From positions 84,446,001-84,510,000 of the forward strand of contig CM052817.1 in the NCBI GenBank assembly GCA_028534125.1: 64,000 bases of DNA. The letters run 5' to 3'. The notes beneath the pieces are model-generated. The model worked only from the letters and a program-made list of their open reading frames with translations, was not told the DNA's origin and ran no database searches. Shown here in pieces: positions 1 through 11,927 of this stretch. Source of the stretch: Lama glama (lineage: Eukaryota). The position numbers were made by a program, and so were the translations under genes. How positions within the stretch are numbered: the first letter of the stretch is position 1; every line of letters begins with the position of its first letter.

Positions 1-790
1 TTTGAATATTAAGATACTAACCCTCAGTCTTCTATATGGCAAATATTTTTCCCAAATCTACCTTTTTGTTGTTGCCTATTGACTCTATTTAGGATATCTT
101 TATTACACTAAAATGTTCCCTTTAACAAAGCTAGATTTGACTTTTTTTCCCCAACATCCGGGATTTCAGTTTTTATAAATGTAATGTAATCTCCTAGAAT
201 TCCTTGAAAAATTACCTTTAATATTTTTACCTGTAAATCTTTAATCAATCTGGAATTTACTTCTGAATGTGCTATAAGGAAGGAGTCTAGTTCACCTGTC
301 TCCCAGATTGACGGCTAGTTATATGAGTACCATTAGTAACTGATGAACTGAAATAACTCTGTATCAGAACGAAAATATGCAAATTATCATAACTTCCTTA
401 TGAATTGTCATGTTTCACAGACCTATTTGTCTCTTCTATGCCCAAATCATATTAATTTGATTTAAGTGGCTTTATAATATGTTCTGATGTCAGATAAGAC
501 AATTCTCTCTTACATTATATATTTTTCTTTGTTTTTTTTCAAGCGTTTCTTTTATCAAGTGTTGGCAGGAGAAGCCTTCTGTATTCTCTCCCCACCCTTT
601 CTACCCACACCCAAACACAGGAGTTCCAGGAGGAAGCATCCCTGCTCCAGCACACCTGACATTTTCCCAGCTTTAGAAATTGAGAGAACTCAGCCTCACT
701 TTTATTTAATTTCTCTATTTTTAAACCTTTGTTGTTGTTGTTGCTGGGTAGATCTGTTTAATTCTGAATGAACTGAGTTAAAGTCTACCA

Positions 791-1085
791 GTATTTTAGC
801 CAGAGTTCCTAGTTGCCAGCAGTAGACTAACTCTAATTTAAGCAGATAAAGAGTTTATTAAAAAAAAAAAAAGATATTGGTAAATTCACAGACTCACTAG
901 GAGAGCTGGAGAACCAAGTCTGAAGCTTTATAGTAAGGGAACATGCCTGGAACTTCATCACAGGATTAGGATGGTCGCCAATGAAGAGGGGAATTCCCCA
1001 AGCATCGTAGGAAGGTAAGAGGCAGATGGCCAAAAATAATAACCATAAGTGTATTTTCATCAAATCACCCTTGCATTTCCTAACT
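791..1085. mobile_element. Old MaLR LTR relic (MLT1N/O-like)
   Basis: ttagccagagttcctagttgccagc...ctctaatttaagcaga...gatattggtaaattcacaga resembles an MLT1 terminus. Confidence 0.5.
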
Positions 1086-2043
1086 TCTGCATTACATATT
1101 TAGCTGTCCTATTATCTGCCATATTTAGATTTATTAATGTTGTATCTTTTTCATAATGGTGCCATTTTTCATTAGATAAGGTCCCTCTTTATTCTGTTTA
1201 GTGCTTTTATCATTAAACTCTACTTTGTGTGATATTGTCATTCTTGTTTTTTTTGTTTATAGTTGTTAATACTCTCCACTAAAACCTTTAAAATTTAAAA
1301 CAGATCCTCTTCATCCTTCCTTTCTCAGTATCTTTGTTCATTTATTCTTTTTTAAGGTATTTTCTAAAGTAACATATTACTAGGACTTGCTTTTTAATTA
1401 AAATCTGCAAGTCTCTGCCTTTTAATGGAATTCACTCCTCTCATACTTCAATGATTTACGTATAAGACATTATTCATTCCATCTTACTTTGGTTAAAGCA
1501 TGGTGGTAGATGATGAAGCAATCTCCACCTCCCCACAGAGGTACAGGACATTCAACACTTTACTAGCAGCAGTTCACCCATTTGCTTCACCATGGCCTCT
1601 TGGGGGCCAGGTAGAGGAGGTAGACTCATGAAGGGTTTATGAAAACTTCATCTTCCAAAAGCCCATGGGGCTCAACAGGGCAAACTCTGTCTAGGACTTG
1701 GTGAATTCCAATCCTCAGTCAAAACTCTCTGACTCTTGTCTTCAAGCTTGACACTCACCCATGTCAGAAAAAGCCTTGCAACTAAAGGTTTCACATGTAT
1801 TTAACAGTCTGGCAGATCCAGTAACCATTTGGCTCTGAAAAGTCAGATTGGTGTTAGGAGTAGAGTTACAGGAAAGTAGCTTCAAATAATCAGCTTCATA
1901 ATTTATAGGTTTCCATAATTTTATAACATAAAAGATGTATTACTACTATTCTTATTCTCATAAAGGCACTTCTACATGCTCTACAGCCAAATCTTGTAAG
2001 AATCCTTTCTTTGAACTTACTAAAATTGGGCCAAGTTCCCTCT

Positions 2044-2095
2044 TTATAATATAATAATAATAATCATAACAACAACAACAACAACAACATCATCA
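2044..2095. repeat. Compound (ATA)n(ACA)n microsatellite
   Basis: Directly visible trinucleotide runs. Confidence 0.85.
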
Positions 2096-2149
2096 ATGAT
2101 AATAGCAAACACTTGTAAGAACATACTTTGTACTGGGTACTTTACATAT

Positions 2150-2280
2150 GTTAAAGAAAAAATAATCAAAATATGAAAACAAATATATGTATGTATATGC
2201 AAGACTGGGACATTGTGCTGTACACCAGAAACTGACACATTGTAATTGACTGTATTTCAATAAAAAAATTTTTTTAAATT
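2150..2280 (+). mobile_element. Short lineage-specific L1 3' terminus
   Basis: tgtgctgtacaccagaaactgacacattgtaattgactgtatttcaataaaaaaa is similar to the L1 ends near 40350 and 52670. Confidence 0.75.
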
Positions 2281-2949
2281 AAGAAAACATAATCCTCAAT
2301 ACTTTCAACAAACACTATGAAACAGGTTATATCATTAGCCTACGAGGTAGATATGAAGCTATTATCATATAGCCAATGAGGGAGCTTAAATCATTATATT
2401 TATTTTATACAAAGAGAAACTTACATACAATGAGGGTAAGTAACTTGCCCAAGGTTATTGATCTAGTTATTGGTGAAGCTGGAGCTTGAACTCAGTCAGT
2501 TTGGGCCCAGAGTAAGCGATCCTAATAAATATGCTAGACTGCCAAACAGAAACTTCCACTTAATACAGATTCAACTCATAGATCTATGTATCTGTCAGTA
2601 TACAGCAAGAGGCTATCACTTCAAGTACAGTTGTGGGTGAGGAGACACACTAAAGCCCAGGGTGCTGAATTAAAGCTTGCATATTGAACAATATTACCCC
2701 CCAGAATCTTTCCTCAGTTTTGGAATACACTCAGGCTCGTGCACTTACATTCCCAGCCCACAGCAGAAGACTGATGGATCCCAACCTGAAGAAACTGGCC
2801 CAAGAAAGAGCACCCCCAGTTTTTGATATCTGGGGATTGCCCAAGGAAAAAGTCAGCTCACTGCCTAAACAGAATACAGTAAGTCTGTCAGACTATAAGT
2901 CCATCTATATACACCTAACTACCTATCTACTTTTTGGTGTCTTAATTTT

Positions 2950-3610
2950 TTTAAATTGAGATATAATTGACATGAAACATTATAGTTAACCCTCTATATC
3001 TGCAATTTCTGCATCATGGATTCAGCCAACCACAGGTTAAAAATATTTGGAAAAAAATTACAAAAAGTTCCAGAGAGAAAAACTTAAATTTGCCATGCAC
3101 CAGCAACTATTTACACAGCATTTATATTGTGTCAGTAATTAATTTAGAGGTGGTTCAAAGTATATGCAAGGATGTGCAGGTTTTATGCAAATACTACACC
3201 ATTTTATATAAGGGACCTGGACATCCACAGATTTTAGTATCCACAGGGTTCTGGAACCAAAACCTGGTGGATACTGAGGGACAACTGCGTATTAGTTTCA
3301 GGTGTAAAACATAATTTGATATTTGCATATATTTTGAAATAATCACCAAAGTCTAGTTAGTATCCATCACCCCATATAGTTACAATTTTTTCTTGTGATA
3401 AGAACTTTTAAGATCTATTCTCTTAGCAACTTTCAAATATACAACGCAGTATTATTAAATATAGTCACCGGGCTATACATTACATCTCCATGACTCATTT
3501 CTTTTAAAACTGAAGTATGTACCTTTTGACCCTTTCACCAATTTTGCTCCCCCTCACCTCCCTGCCTCTGGCAACCACCAGTCTGTTCTGTATCTATGAG
3601 TTCAGCTTTT
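2950..3610 (-). mobile_element. L1 3' UTR fragment (L1MA-type) fused to the U6 copy and interrupted by MER2
   Basis: Typical reverse L1MA 3' end: ttaaattgagatataattgaca...ttagtttcaggtgta...tcttagcaactttcaaatatacaa...cctctggcaaccaccagtctgttctgtatctatgag. Confidence 0.85.
2983..3287 (-). mobile_element. MER2-like Tigger (TcMar) non-autonomous DNA transposon
   Basis: Degenerate TIRs tagttaaccctctatatc / gatactgagggacaactg after a TA; internal ttatgcaaatactacaccattttatataagggac motif. Confidence 0.85.
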
Positions 3611-3704
3611 AAAAATATGGAACACTTCACGGATTTGAGTGTAGGCCATGGTAATTTTCCCTGTATGTTCCAATTTTCAGTATATGTACTGCTGAAGTGA
3701 GCAC
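3611..3704 (-). pseudogene. U6 snRNA retropseudogene (5' part of a U6/L1 chimera)
   Basis: Minus strand GTGCTCACTTCAGCAGTACATATACTGAAAATTGGAACATACAGGGAAAATTACCATGGCCT-ACACTCAAATCCGTGAAGTGTTCCATATTTTT aligns end to end with U6, with an internal deletion of about 13 nt. Confidence 0.95.
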
Positions 3705-3859
3705 TTTGGTGTCATACTTTTAAATATCAATGGACAGAAAGGATCACCAAAACATTTCAAGGAAGGCAGACAGGCACACATGAAAAAGGAATGTAGCAAA
3801 AGCAGAGACAATGCAGATAGCAGATGAAAACTTTAAAAATATATTTAATATACTTACTA

Positions 3860-4640
3860 AGAGATGATGTAACATTTATACTGATACTATAGAAAAAGAA
3901 ACATTCAGAGCATAAGTGGCTTTTTAAAAATTTATGATAGCTAAAATAAAATATTCAAAAAATGGTTAATTAGAAGAAAATTTAAGGAAACTTCCAAGTT
4001 AGAAAATAAATGAAGAAATGGAAAACAGGAGAGAAAAGACATGAAAGTTAGGGAATCAATCCATTAGACACATCACTCAGCTAATAACAACTACCAAAAA
4101 AAAAAAAAACCAGAAAAAATGAAAAAATGATTAAATTGAAAATCCATGAAAAATTCACAAAGTTGAAGAACATGAATTTCTAGATTGAAATGTCCCAAAT
4201 AGAAAAGGATTCTTACTAAATATGCACATTGCACAATTAGAATATTAGTTGTAGTGGGGTGTATGATCCTGAAACTCTCCAGAGGGGGGAAAAAAAAACA
4301 GGGCAAATACAAAGAACTGGAATTTTGAATGGCATAGGAAATTTTTTTTTTTAACAGCTGGAACTTAGGTAATATAAGGAAAATATCTCTACACTTTAAG
4401 AAAAAATTTTAAAAAAAACATAAAAAAATAAAAACAAAAATAAAAAAATAAAAAAAATAAAAAAATTAAAAAAAAAAAAAAGAAAAAAGAAAAAATTTAA
4501 AACCTAGGATTTCCAGTCTAGGATTCACTGCTCAGTCAAACTATCAAACACCTTTAAAGGTAGGGTAAAGATATTTCTAAATAAGCAAAGTCTTAAAAAA
4601 TGTACTTCCCATGTGTACTCAGTTATGGTATCCATTAAAA
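3860..4640 (+). mobile_element. Ancient L1/HAL1 ORF1-derived relic
   Basis: A-rich degenerate ORF1-like sequence ending caaactatcaaa...aaagatatttctaaataagcaaagtcttaaaaaatgtacttcccatg. Confidence 0.5.
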
Positions 4641-7521
4641 TTTGAGAGTCAACAAAGAAATTAGCAACTATGGGATGCAAAAGACACAGGATACAACATA
4701 GGAGTGGTAAGAAGGAAATTCTAGGACCACAATGAATCGAAGTTTTAGGATAAGAGCTTGCATCAGTCCTTATGAAAAGACTAATCTGAGGCAGTGGATG
4801 GAGGGTTGTCATTCTACGTAACATTAAAGACTATTTTATTCTTTGTAACACTTGCTTATAGCCCTTCTTCCTACCTTGTTCTATTTCATTAAGGCCATTG
4901 AAACTTAAAACAATTTTTACCTTTGAGAATATAGTTTATTAGTCTTTTAAGTAAACTAGTTCTCTTCCAAATGTCTGCTGACTGTGTAAAATGCTAAATC
5001 TTATAAGACATAAAAGTTCAAAGTGAAATAATTTTGAATTTTCTAGGGAGAAGTTATCCTTTGTCTGAAAGAAGGGGAAGATTTAAGGAAGAAAATAATA
5101 AACTTGGTGCTGGGTCACCTATATATTCTTACTTCAATTAATTCTAAAGAAATTGAAGCTAAGTGAGGCTGGGTAACTTTCCCAATATACAAAAACATAA
5201 TCTACTAGAATCAGAAATTGTTTGCCTCTAAATCTCAAATCTTTCTACTCCAACAATTTATATTCCTGTCCCCAGACATCCTCACCTTTAAAATACCATC
5301 AAATTAATCTTCATAAAGATTAATTTCATCATGTAGTCCCAGCTAAAGAATCTGTAATATACTGCATGAAATTCAAATTCAACTTTATCTTACTCACAAG
5401 GCCCTCTATACTTCATCCATTCATATTCATTAATTTCCAATGCATGGCCTCCTATTCCACATATAATCAGGACCATATTTCAATATCTTCAATTAAAAAA
5501 TTCATACAGTCTATTTTGCTTAGAAGTAGGGATAGCAAACAAAAAGTTGGACAGTGGTTCAAATGAAAATCACTTTTCACCAGTCACCTAAATAAAGATT
5601 TCTTGCTCTTATTTGCATGTTCTTATTTTGAAAGAAAACACTAAGTTAAAAAAGCACCAAATTTAAAAAGTTTAAAGCAATTCTCTTCATTTCACTCTGG
5701 TCTTATTTAGCAGGGCATATACAGCAGCCTTTCTCAGAGAGGACTGTCATTCCCCGGATATAATTCCCAGTAACCATGAGTTATCTTTAAAGGCGGGAGG
5801 GGAGGCCTTTCTTTGGAAGATGGAAAGAAATGATTTATGCTTCTTAGATGTTTGTGGCATTTAAAAGGATCACAAATAATAATTTTAGAAATAAAAAATA
5901 ATTATCAATAATTCAGTATCTGCTGAGGCCAAAATGTCTTTGTTTTTATGGAAAAAAGATGACCATTAAAAACACAGCTTTTCAATCTGGTAGTTCATTA
6001 AATAGGATATATTCACACCTAAAACATTGGTTGAACATTGTTTAGAAATACATATCAACTACACTAATAACTCTGCTTTCTCTTATATAAAAATACAAGA
6101 TATTTTTAAACTTTAAAATGTAACTTTTTAATCATAATATAAACATTGTTATTATAATAGCTTCAAAAGACAGCCAATGTAAAAATTTCCTTGCCAGAGG
6201 TAACTAGCTGAACACTAGACTTTAAAAAATATCCTGAGATTTTCTTACAATGCAGTGATCTCTTTTTAGGAAGCTGTTTAGTTAGGTTATAACTTTAGAC
6301 TAAAAGCAAAACAAAATAAAACAATTAAAAAAAAAATCCCCATACCTTCAACACTAAAAAGACAACTTAAAGCACTAATGAATGAACAACTTCGATTCCT
6401 TATGAAATCCTATCCAGATTGAAGGAAGTGAAATTCACTCATTCCAATTTCACTGTTTCAAGTGTCTAGCATTTACTTTCACAGCATAGAATGCTACTGA
6501 AATAACAGAAGTGACAACCACAAACTTTTTCTCTAAGTTTAACAAAAAGAAGTTGAAGAAAGCAGTCAAATAATCACTCAACTGCTGAAAACTTTTGAAA
6601 ATGAAAAACAAAACCCAGAGAATTCTAGCACTTAAAAAAATACAACTCCTTTCACCAGAGTCTAAGTTAGAGGTTAAAATCAATTAGTTCTGAACTCAGT
6701 GAACAAAGAAATGACTTTCATTAACATTTTGGATAAGAGGAAACAGAAGTTCAAAGCTACTAATTTGCTCCTGAATAAAAAATATCAGCCATGAGTATGT
6801 GACTAGAACTGAGATCTCAATTTTTGAGGTGCTCAGGATCAGTAGACTCTTTCTGAGTGTAACAGACTTCAGTAAAAAGAGTACATTTTTCGACTATAAA
6901 CCATAATGTGATCTTATGGGCTGTAGTCACTGTATCTTTAATAGATTATAATAACAATTTTCAAGTTTCTTAAGGGAACATCCAACAAGAACTAGAAAAT
7001 GACAACAAAAGATTCCAGAGTGAACATCTGCATTAAGACAGCAATTAAAGACAAAGCTACAGAATGTTATTTAAAAAGTAGCCCACACCTTCAAAGATGG
7101 CTGAAAATTATTGTTCTGTAAGGCTCCAAGAAACACATCTATAATGATTGCTCAAGTATTCTTTCTCTTGGGTATCCACTCAGTAAGAAATTATTTTTCT
7201 ATGTAATTTTTACCCAACTTCACTATTATTTTCCCCCTGCTTTAAGATAAAAAGAGTATTTTTGGTTTTGGGACTAAATTTGATTATTACTGTTTTGGAA
7301 AAAAGATAAAGACAAAAATGATTCTTGAATATATGTTTAAAATACACCAATCTTTTGAAAATGATTTTTAAAAATGTCCAGCAACCCAGATTTTAAACTG
7401 ATACTTACAGTTCACTCAGCACTTATAAAATATATATTCTAGAAAATACCATAAACTGAAATTCTAATGTGGAATCACTTTCAAAGCATATAGACAAAGC
7501 CAGATGTATTTACCAATTTAC

Positions 7522-7613
7522 CTTGTTTCTAATTGTTTCATACTAGATTGCAACTGCTGTAAGCGCCTATCTGATGCTTCCTCTCTTCCTTGGGCAGACA
7601 CAATATCCTCCTC
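7522..7613 (-). CDS. SCLT1: SCLT1 exon 11 (92 nt), EEDIVSAQGREEASDRRLQQLQSSMKQLET(R)
   Basis: gtttctttgttttctag|GAGGAG...AAACAAG|gtaaat; phase 0 to 2. Confidence 0.95.
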
Positions 7614-8029
7614 CTAGAAAACAAAGAAACTGTATGCTTATCTTGAGTATGTGAAAATTCAAAGCACCGTTAAATAGCATAAAGAAAACAGTTCATTGTA
7701 TAAAGTTACTGTATTTCTAGAATTTCATATGTAAGTTTAAAGAAGCACTATCACTTTGGGAGTAAATCATGCATATACTAAAAAAGGGAGATGAGAACCT
7801 CACTATCAATTCTGTATTAGAAAAACAATAACCAAAACAGTCGCTACATACAGATTTCTACCAATATTTCAAATTATTTTTATGGCCCAAGTCTAACAAA
7901 ACAAGGCAGGAATTTATATGCAGACTGTCTGCCCTTAGCATGTGTTCTTTTAACTAGGTTACACTGCATCCCATTATAATCGTGGATTATTTCTTCTTTG
8001 AACAGTGTTGCTTCAAAATAAATTAACAG

Positions 8030-10240
8030 GTTCTATTTGCACCATCTTTTAAAAATTTCCTGTTCATCCTTTCTGGCCTTTCTTGGTGGTCTTCTATTGG
8101 TTTTTAGTCATACCTCTTTGAATTATTTTTTAGTGGTTGATCTAGTTTTTGCATCTCTAACTTATCCCAATTTATTTAGTTAATAGTTAATTAATTCAGA
8201 GAAAACACTGGAACCTTGCAACAGTGTATTTATTTCCATGTATCATCCTAGTCTTTAGTGTCATTGTTGTCATATATTATACCTACATACTTTATAAGCC
8301 CATCAAATACAGTGTTAAGTTCTGCTTTTAGCAGTCAAGTCTTTTAAGGTACTAATAAGAGAAAAGAAAAGTATGTATATATATCTTTCATATTTATAAT
8401 TCCTGTTGCTCTTAATTTCTTCTTACATCTGAGTTGCCAACTGATGTTATTTCCTTTCAGTCTAAAGAATTTTTTGAAGAACAGCTACACTAAGTGACAC
8501 ATTTTCTCAGTTTTTGTTTACCTGAAAATGCCTTTATTTTGCCCTCATTTTTGAAGCACAGTTTCACTGGACACAGAATTCTTAATGAGCATTATTTTTC
8601 CCTTCAGCAGTTCAGGTATATTACTCCAGTGTTTTCTGCTTCCACAAGTTCTTGAGAAGTCAGCCATTATTCTTATCTCTATTCCCCTGTTCACACCATT
8701 TTTCTACTGCTGCTTTTAAGTTTTCTCTTTTTAATTGGCTGTCGGTGTTGTCATGATGTGTTGAAAGTGATTTTCTTTGTATTCATCTCGCTAAGGGTTC
8801 AATGAGATCCTTGGCTCTGTTAATGTTTTCCACTAAATTTTGAAAGATTTCAGCTATTATTTCTTTAAACATGTTTTCTGCACTGCTCCCACTCCCCTAC
8901 CACACTTGCATTGGCTTGCTTCATATTGTCCCACAGATCACTGAGGTTCTGTTCATTTTTCTTCCATCTTTTAAACTCTATTCTTTGAATAGGAACGTTT
9001 CTATTGATCAGTCTTCAAGTTCAGTGATTATTTTGCTTTTTCCAATTAACTTTTGAAGCCATCTAATGACATTTTTATTTGGGTTGTTGTACTTTCAAAC
9101 TCTAGAATTTCTATCTTTAAAATTATTTTCTAGTTCTCAATTAACAATTCTCTATCTGTTCCTTCACTGAAACATATTTTACTGTAATTTAAAAATAGAT
9201 TTTCTTTAATTCCTTGAACATAATAGCTTACTTAAAGTCTCTGCCTGTTAAATCCAACAGCTAAATCCAAACTCACTGAAAGTGAGTTTCTATTGACTTT
9301 CCTCTTTCACCCTCCTCCAGCAGTCACGCTTCAGTGTCTAGTAAGTTTTGGTTGAAAATTGGAAAACAAAGATAATGTATCATTCTTTCTCTGGATTCTG
9401 TTTTGCTCTTTTGAAGATTATTAGCTTTTTTGCTCAGTTAGGCAATTATCTTGCCTAGACTCAAACTCTGAAGTGTCTTCCCCACAGTATGTAGCAGCTG
9501 CCATCTGTGATGAGTCTAATTTCTTTCCACTGTTAAATTATTTTGCTAGGCTCCCAGGAAACTCACTGTGTCTGTGTAATGTGAGGATCAGTCAAGATCT
9601 GGGTAGAGGTAGGGCTATCCTCTTTGTTGTTTGTTGCTCTTAGAGATCCCCTTGTAATTTCCAGCTGCTCTGCCAGCTTTAGGTTCTGTCCATAGATATT
9701 CAAACATTCATGCTTCAGCTTTCCTGCTCAAGCTGCACACATTTTGGGAATGCACTCAATTATAAAAAGCAGCAAACCTAAACATCTAGTTCCATATGGC
9801 TGTATCTTTCAAGAGCAGATTTCTCTCAGGTCTCTGCCTACTTTTTCACTGGGTTCCTGGGGACCCTATCCTAGCCCTGGACACATAGTCTGACTGTCAG
9901 TTACGAACCTGGTCAGTTTATACTGAGAACTTGGGTCTCAATTTTTATCGTTTGTGTGGCTCTCTTGCTGCTAATATTTCTTCTTTAAATTCTCAACTGA
10001 GCCTTAAACTTTGATCTTGGGCGCCACTATAAGTGCATATAAAGCTTTTGTTTTCCGAAGCATAGCTGTGGGGGTTAGGGAGAACTCTCAGGTCAGAAAG
10101 TTAAAAACTCATAATTCTCTCTTTCAGTGTCTTTCTGTTTTGGGGTGCTTTGCAGTGTTTCAAAAAACTTACCCAATTTTTTAACTATTATATATGAGAA
10201 GGTTTGCATAGGCCTTTCACAAATCTACCATTATTGGAAA
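8030..10240 (-). mobile_element. Ancient L1 (L1M-type) 5'/ORF1 relic
   Basis: T-rich reverse L1 motifs (ctgaaaatgcctttattttgccctcatttttgaag, gagaagtcagccattatt, tcttcaagttcagtgatt); boundaries approximate. Confidence 0.65.
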
Positions 10241-10775
10241 TCTATAACCAACTTTTACATATTTGGAAATAAGGCTCAGAAAAGTTTCACAGCTAACAGG
10301 TGACAGGGTTAAAACTTCAATAATTAGATCCATCTAAATCTAAAGCCTGACTTTTCCTTGATATATTCTTGAAACTTCCCTATTACACATAAAAAGAAAC
10401 AGTCTCTTATGCCAATAAATAGCACAAAATATAGTATCAAACAAAATGTAGTATTAAACACTTCTTTTCCATCTACATGTAACCAATTAATCAAAACCTG
10501 ATTTTGCATTAACATGCATTTCAGTAATGATGTATTTAGGGATGATTATGATGTTATGATGTTTTACTGACTTAGCATAAAGTAAATAGAGATAAAAAGT
10601 TATTTCCAATATTATAATTTAGCTTCCTAACTTTATATATAGAGGGCAATAAAATGATAAATTCATTTTCCAGCAACGCTCTTTAACACCTAATCCACAA
10701 CAGATCAACATTAAGATACATAGAAAACTATGCTACAGGCATCTGCATCCACTTGTCTTAGAAAAAGGAAAATAC

Positions 10776-10866
10776 CTTCTTTTGCATCTGTCCTTGAAGA
10801 TCTTCAGTCACTTTAGTTAACTCTTCCACTTTTGCTGCTGCAACTCTCAGATCTAACTTGGCTTGC
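10776..10866 (-). CDS. SCLT1: SCLT1 exon 10 (91 nt), (R)QAKLDLRVAAAKVEELTKVTEDLQGQMQKK
   Basis: tttgtattttag|GCAAGCC...AAGAAG|gtattt; phase 2 to 0. Confidence 0.95.
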
Positions 10867-11748
10867 CTAAAATACAAAGTAACAAACACTGTTTTCATAG
10901 ACCACAAAATTTTTTTAAAATTAGAAAAGAAATTTAAATTTGGTAAAATCAGTACTAACCATTATGCACCTAAAAATAGATGTAAGGGGTTAATATTGAA
11001 AGATTCCTTTACTTCTAGTAAATGCATGTGGAAAAGAGTAAAGAAGAAAAAGTATATCTGAAAGAGTGAGCACAAAGTGGGAGTCATTAATACTTTATTT
11101 GGATAAATTATATTTTATACTCAAATAATTCAATAGATTTCATGAAGAAGAACTTTATCATCATAATGAATTACCTAACAAGAATGTCAGTGCATTAAGT
11201 AGAATACAGTTACATCTATAATTTCTTAAACAGAGTTAGAGAAGTATTGCTAATGGGCCTTTCTATGAAAATGAATCCAAGCTTCAACACCTTGATCATT
11301 CCCCAAACACTAGAAGTATGTAACATAATGAACTGAAACACTGGTCTCAAGATAGTCTAATATCTTTCTTCAGAGACTGTAAAAGGACAAAAAGGACAAG
11401 TTTTTGAATATTCTAATATTATCAAGTAAGTTTCAGTATCTCCTCCACTTCCTATAAAGATTTTAGAATAATAAAATAAGACTTTCTGAAACAGAAAAAG
11501 ACTTTTTAATATCATACCAATTAAGCACTAAGTATAAATAAAGAATATGTGGATTATGTTAAAAAATATACTTTTCAGGAAGGAAGGTACTTTAGGAACT
11601 GCCTGTATTTATTTCTTTTTATTTTATGTATGTATTATAAATATAAACCACATTAATGCTGTAGACGTAAATAAATTATTTGATGCAAAATTCACAATAA
11701 ATGTCAATTCACTTACTTTGACTCTTAACGGTGTTTAGAATTACATTA

Positions 11749-11927
11749 TTTTTTTTAACATTTTTTATTGATTTATAATCATTTTACAATGTTGTGTCAA
11801 ATTCCAGTGTTCATCACAATTTTTCAGTCATTCATGGACATATACACACTCATTGTCACATTTTTTTCTCTGTGATTTATCATAACATTTTGTGTATATT
11901 TCCCTGTGCTATACAGTGTAATCTTAT
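11749..11927 (-). mobile_element. Young lineage-specific L1 3' end, 5'-truncated
   Basis: Close reverse complement of 40240-40415 and 52560-52736, starting with a T-tract. Confidence 0.85.

Noticed and set aside
1500..1900. More GC-balanced block possibly a retrocopy or exon (also 60775-61130)
   Set aside because: No recognisable translation, poly(A)/TSD or splice-bounded frame; it cannot be supported without a database search.
3611..3704. Functional U6 snRNA gene
   Set aside because: The ACAGAGA box and AGC triad are mutated, the internal stem-loop is partly deleted, and the copy is fused to L1 and flanked by a TSD.
1..7521. SCLT1 exon 12
   Set aside because: I looked for the recalled LCVTIQEANQLR-type peptide on the minus strand and did not find it; it presumably lies beyond position 1.
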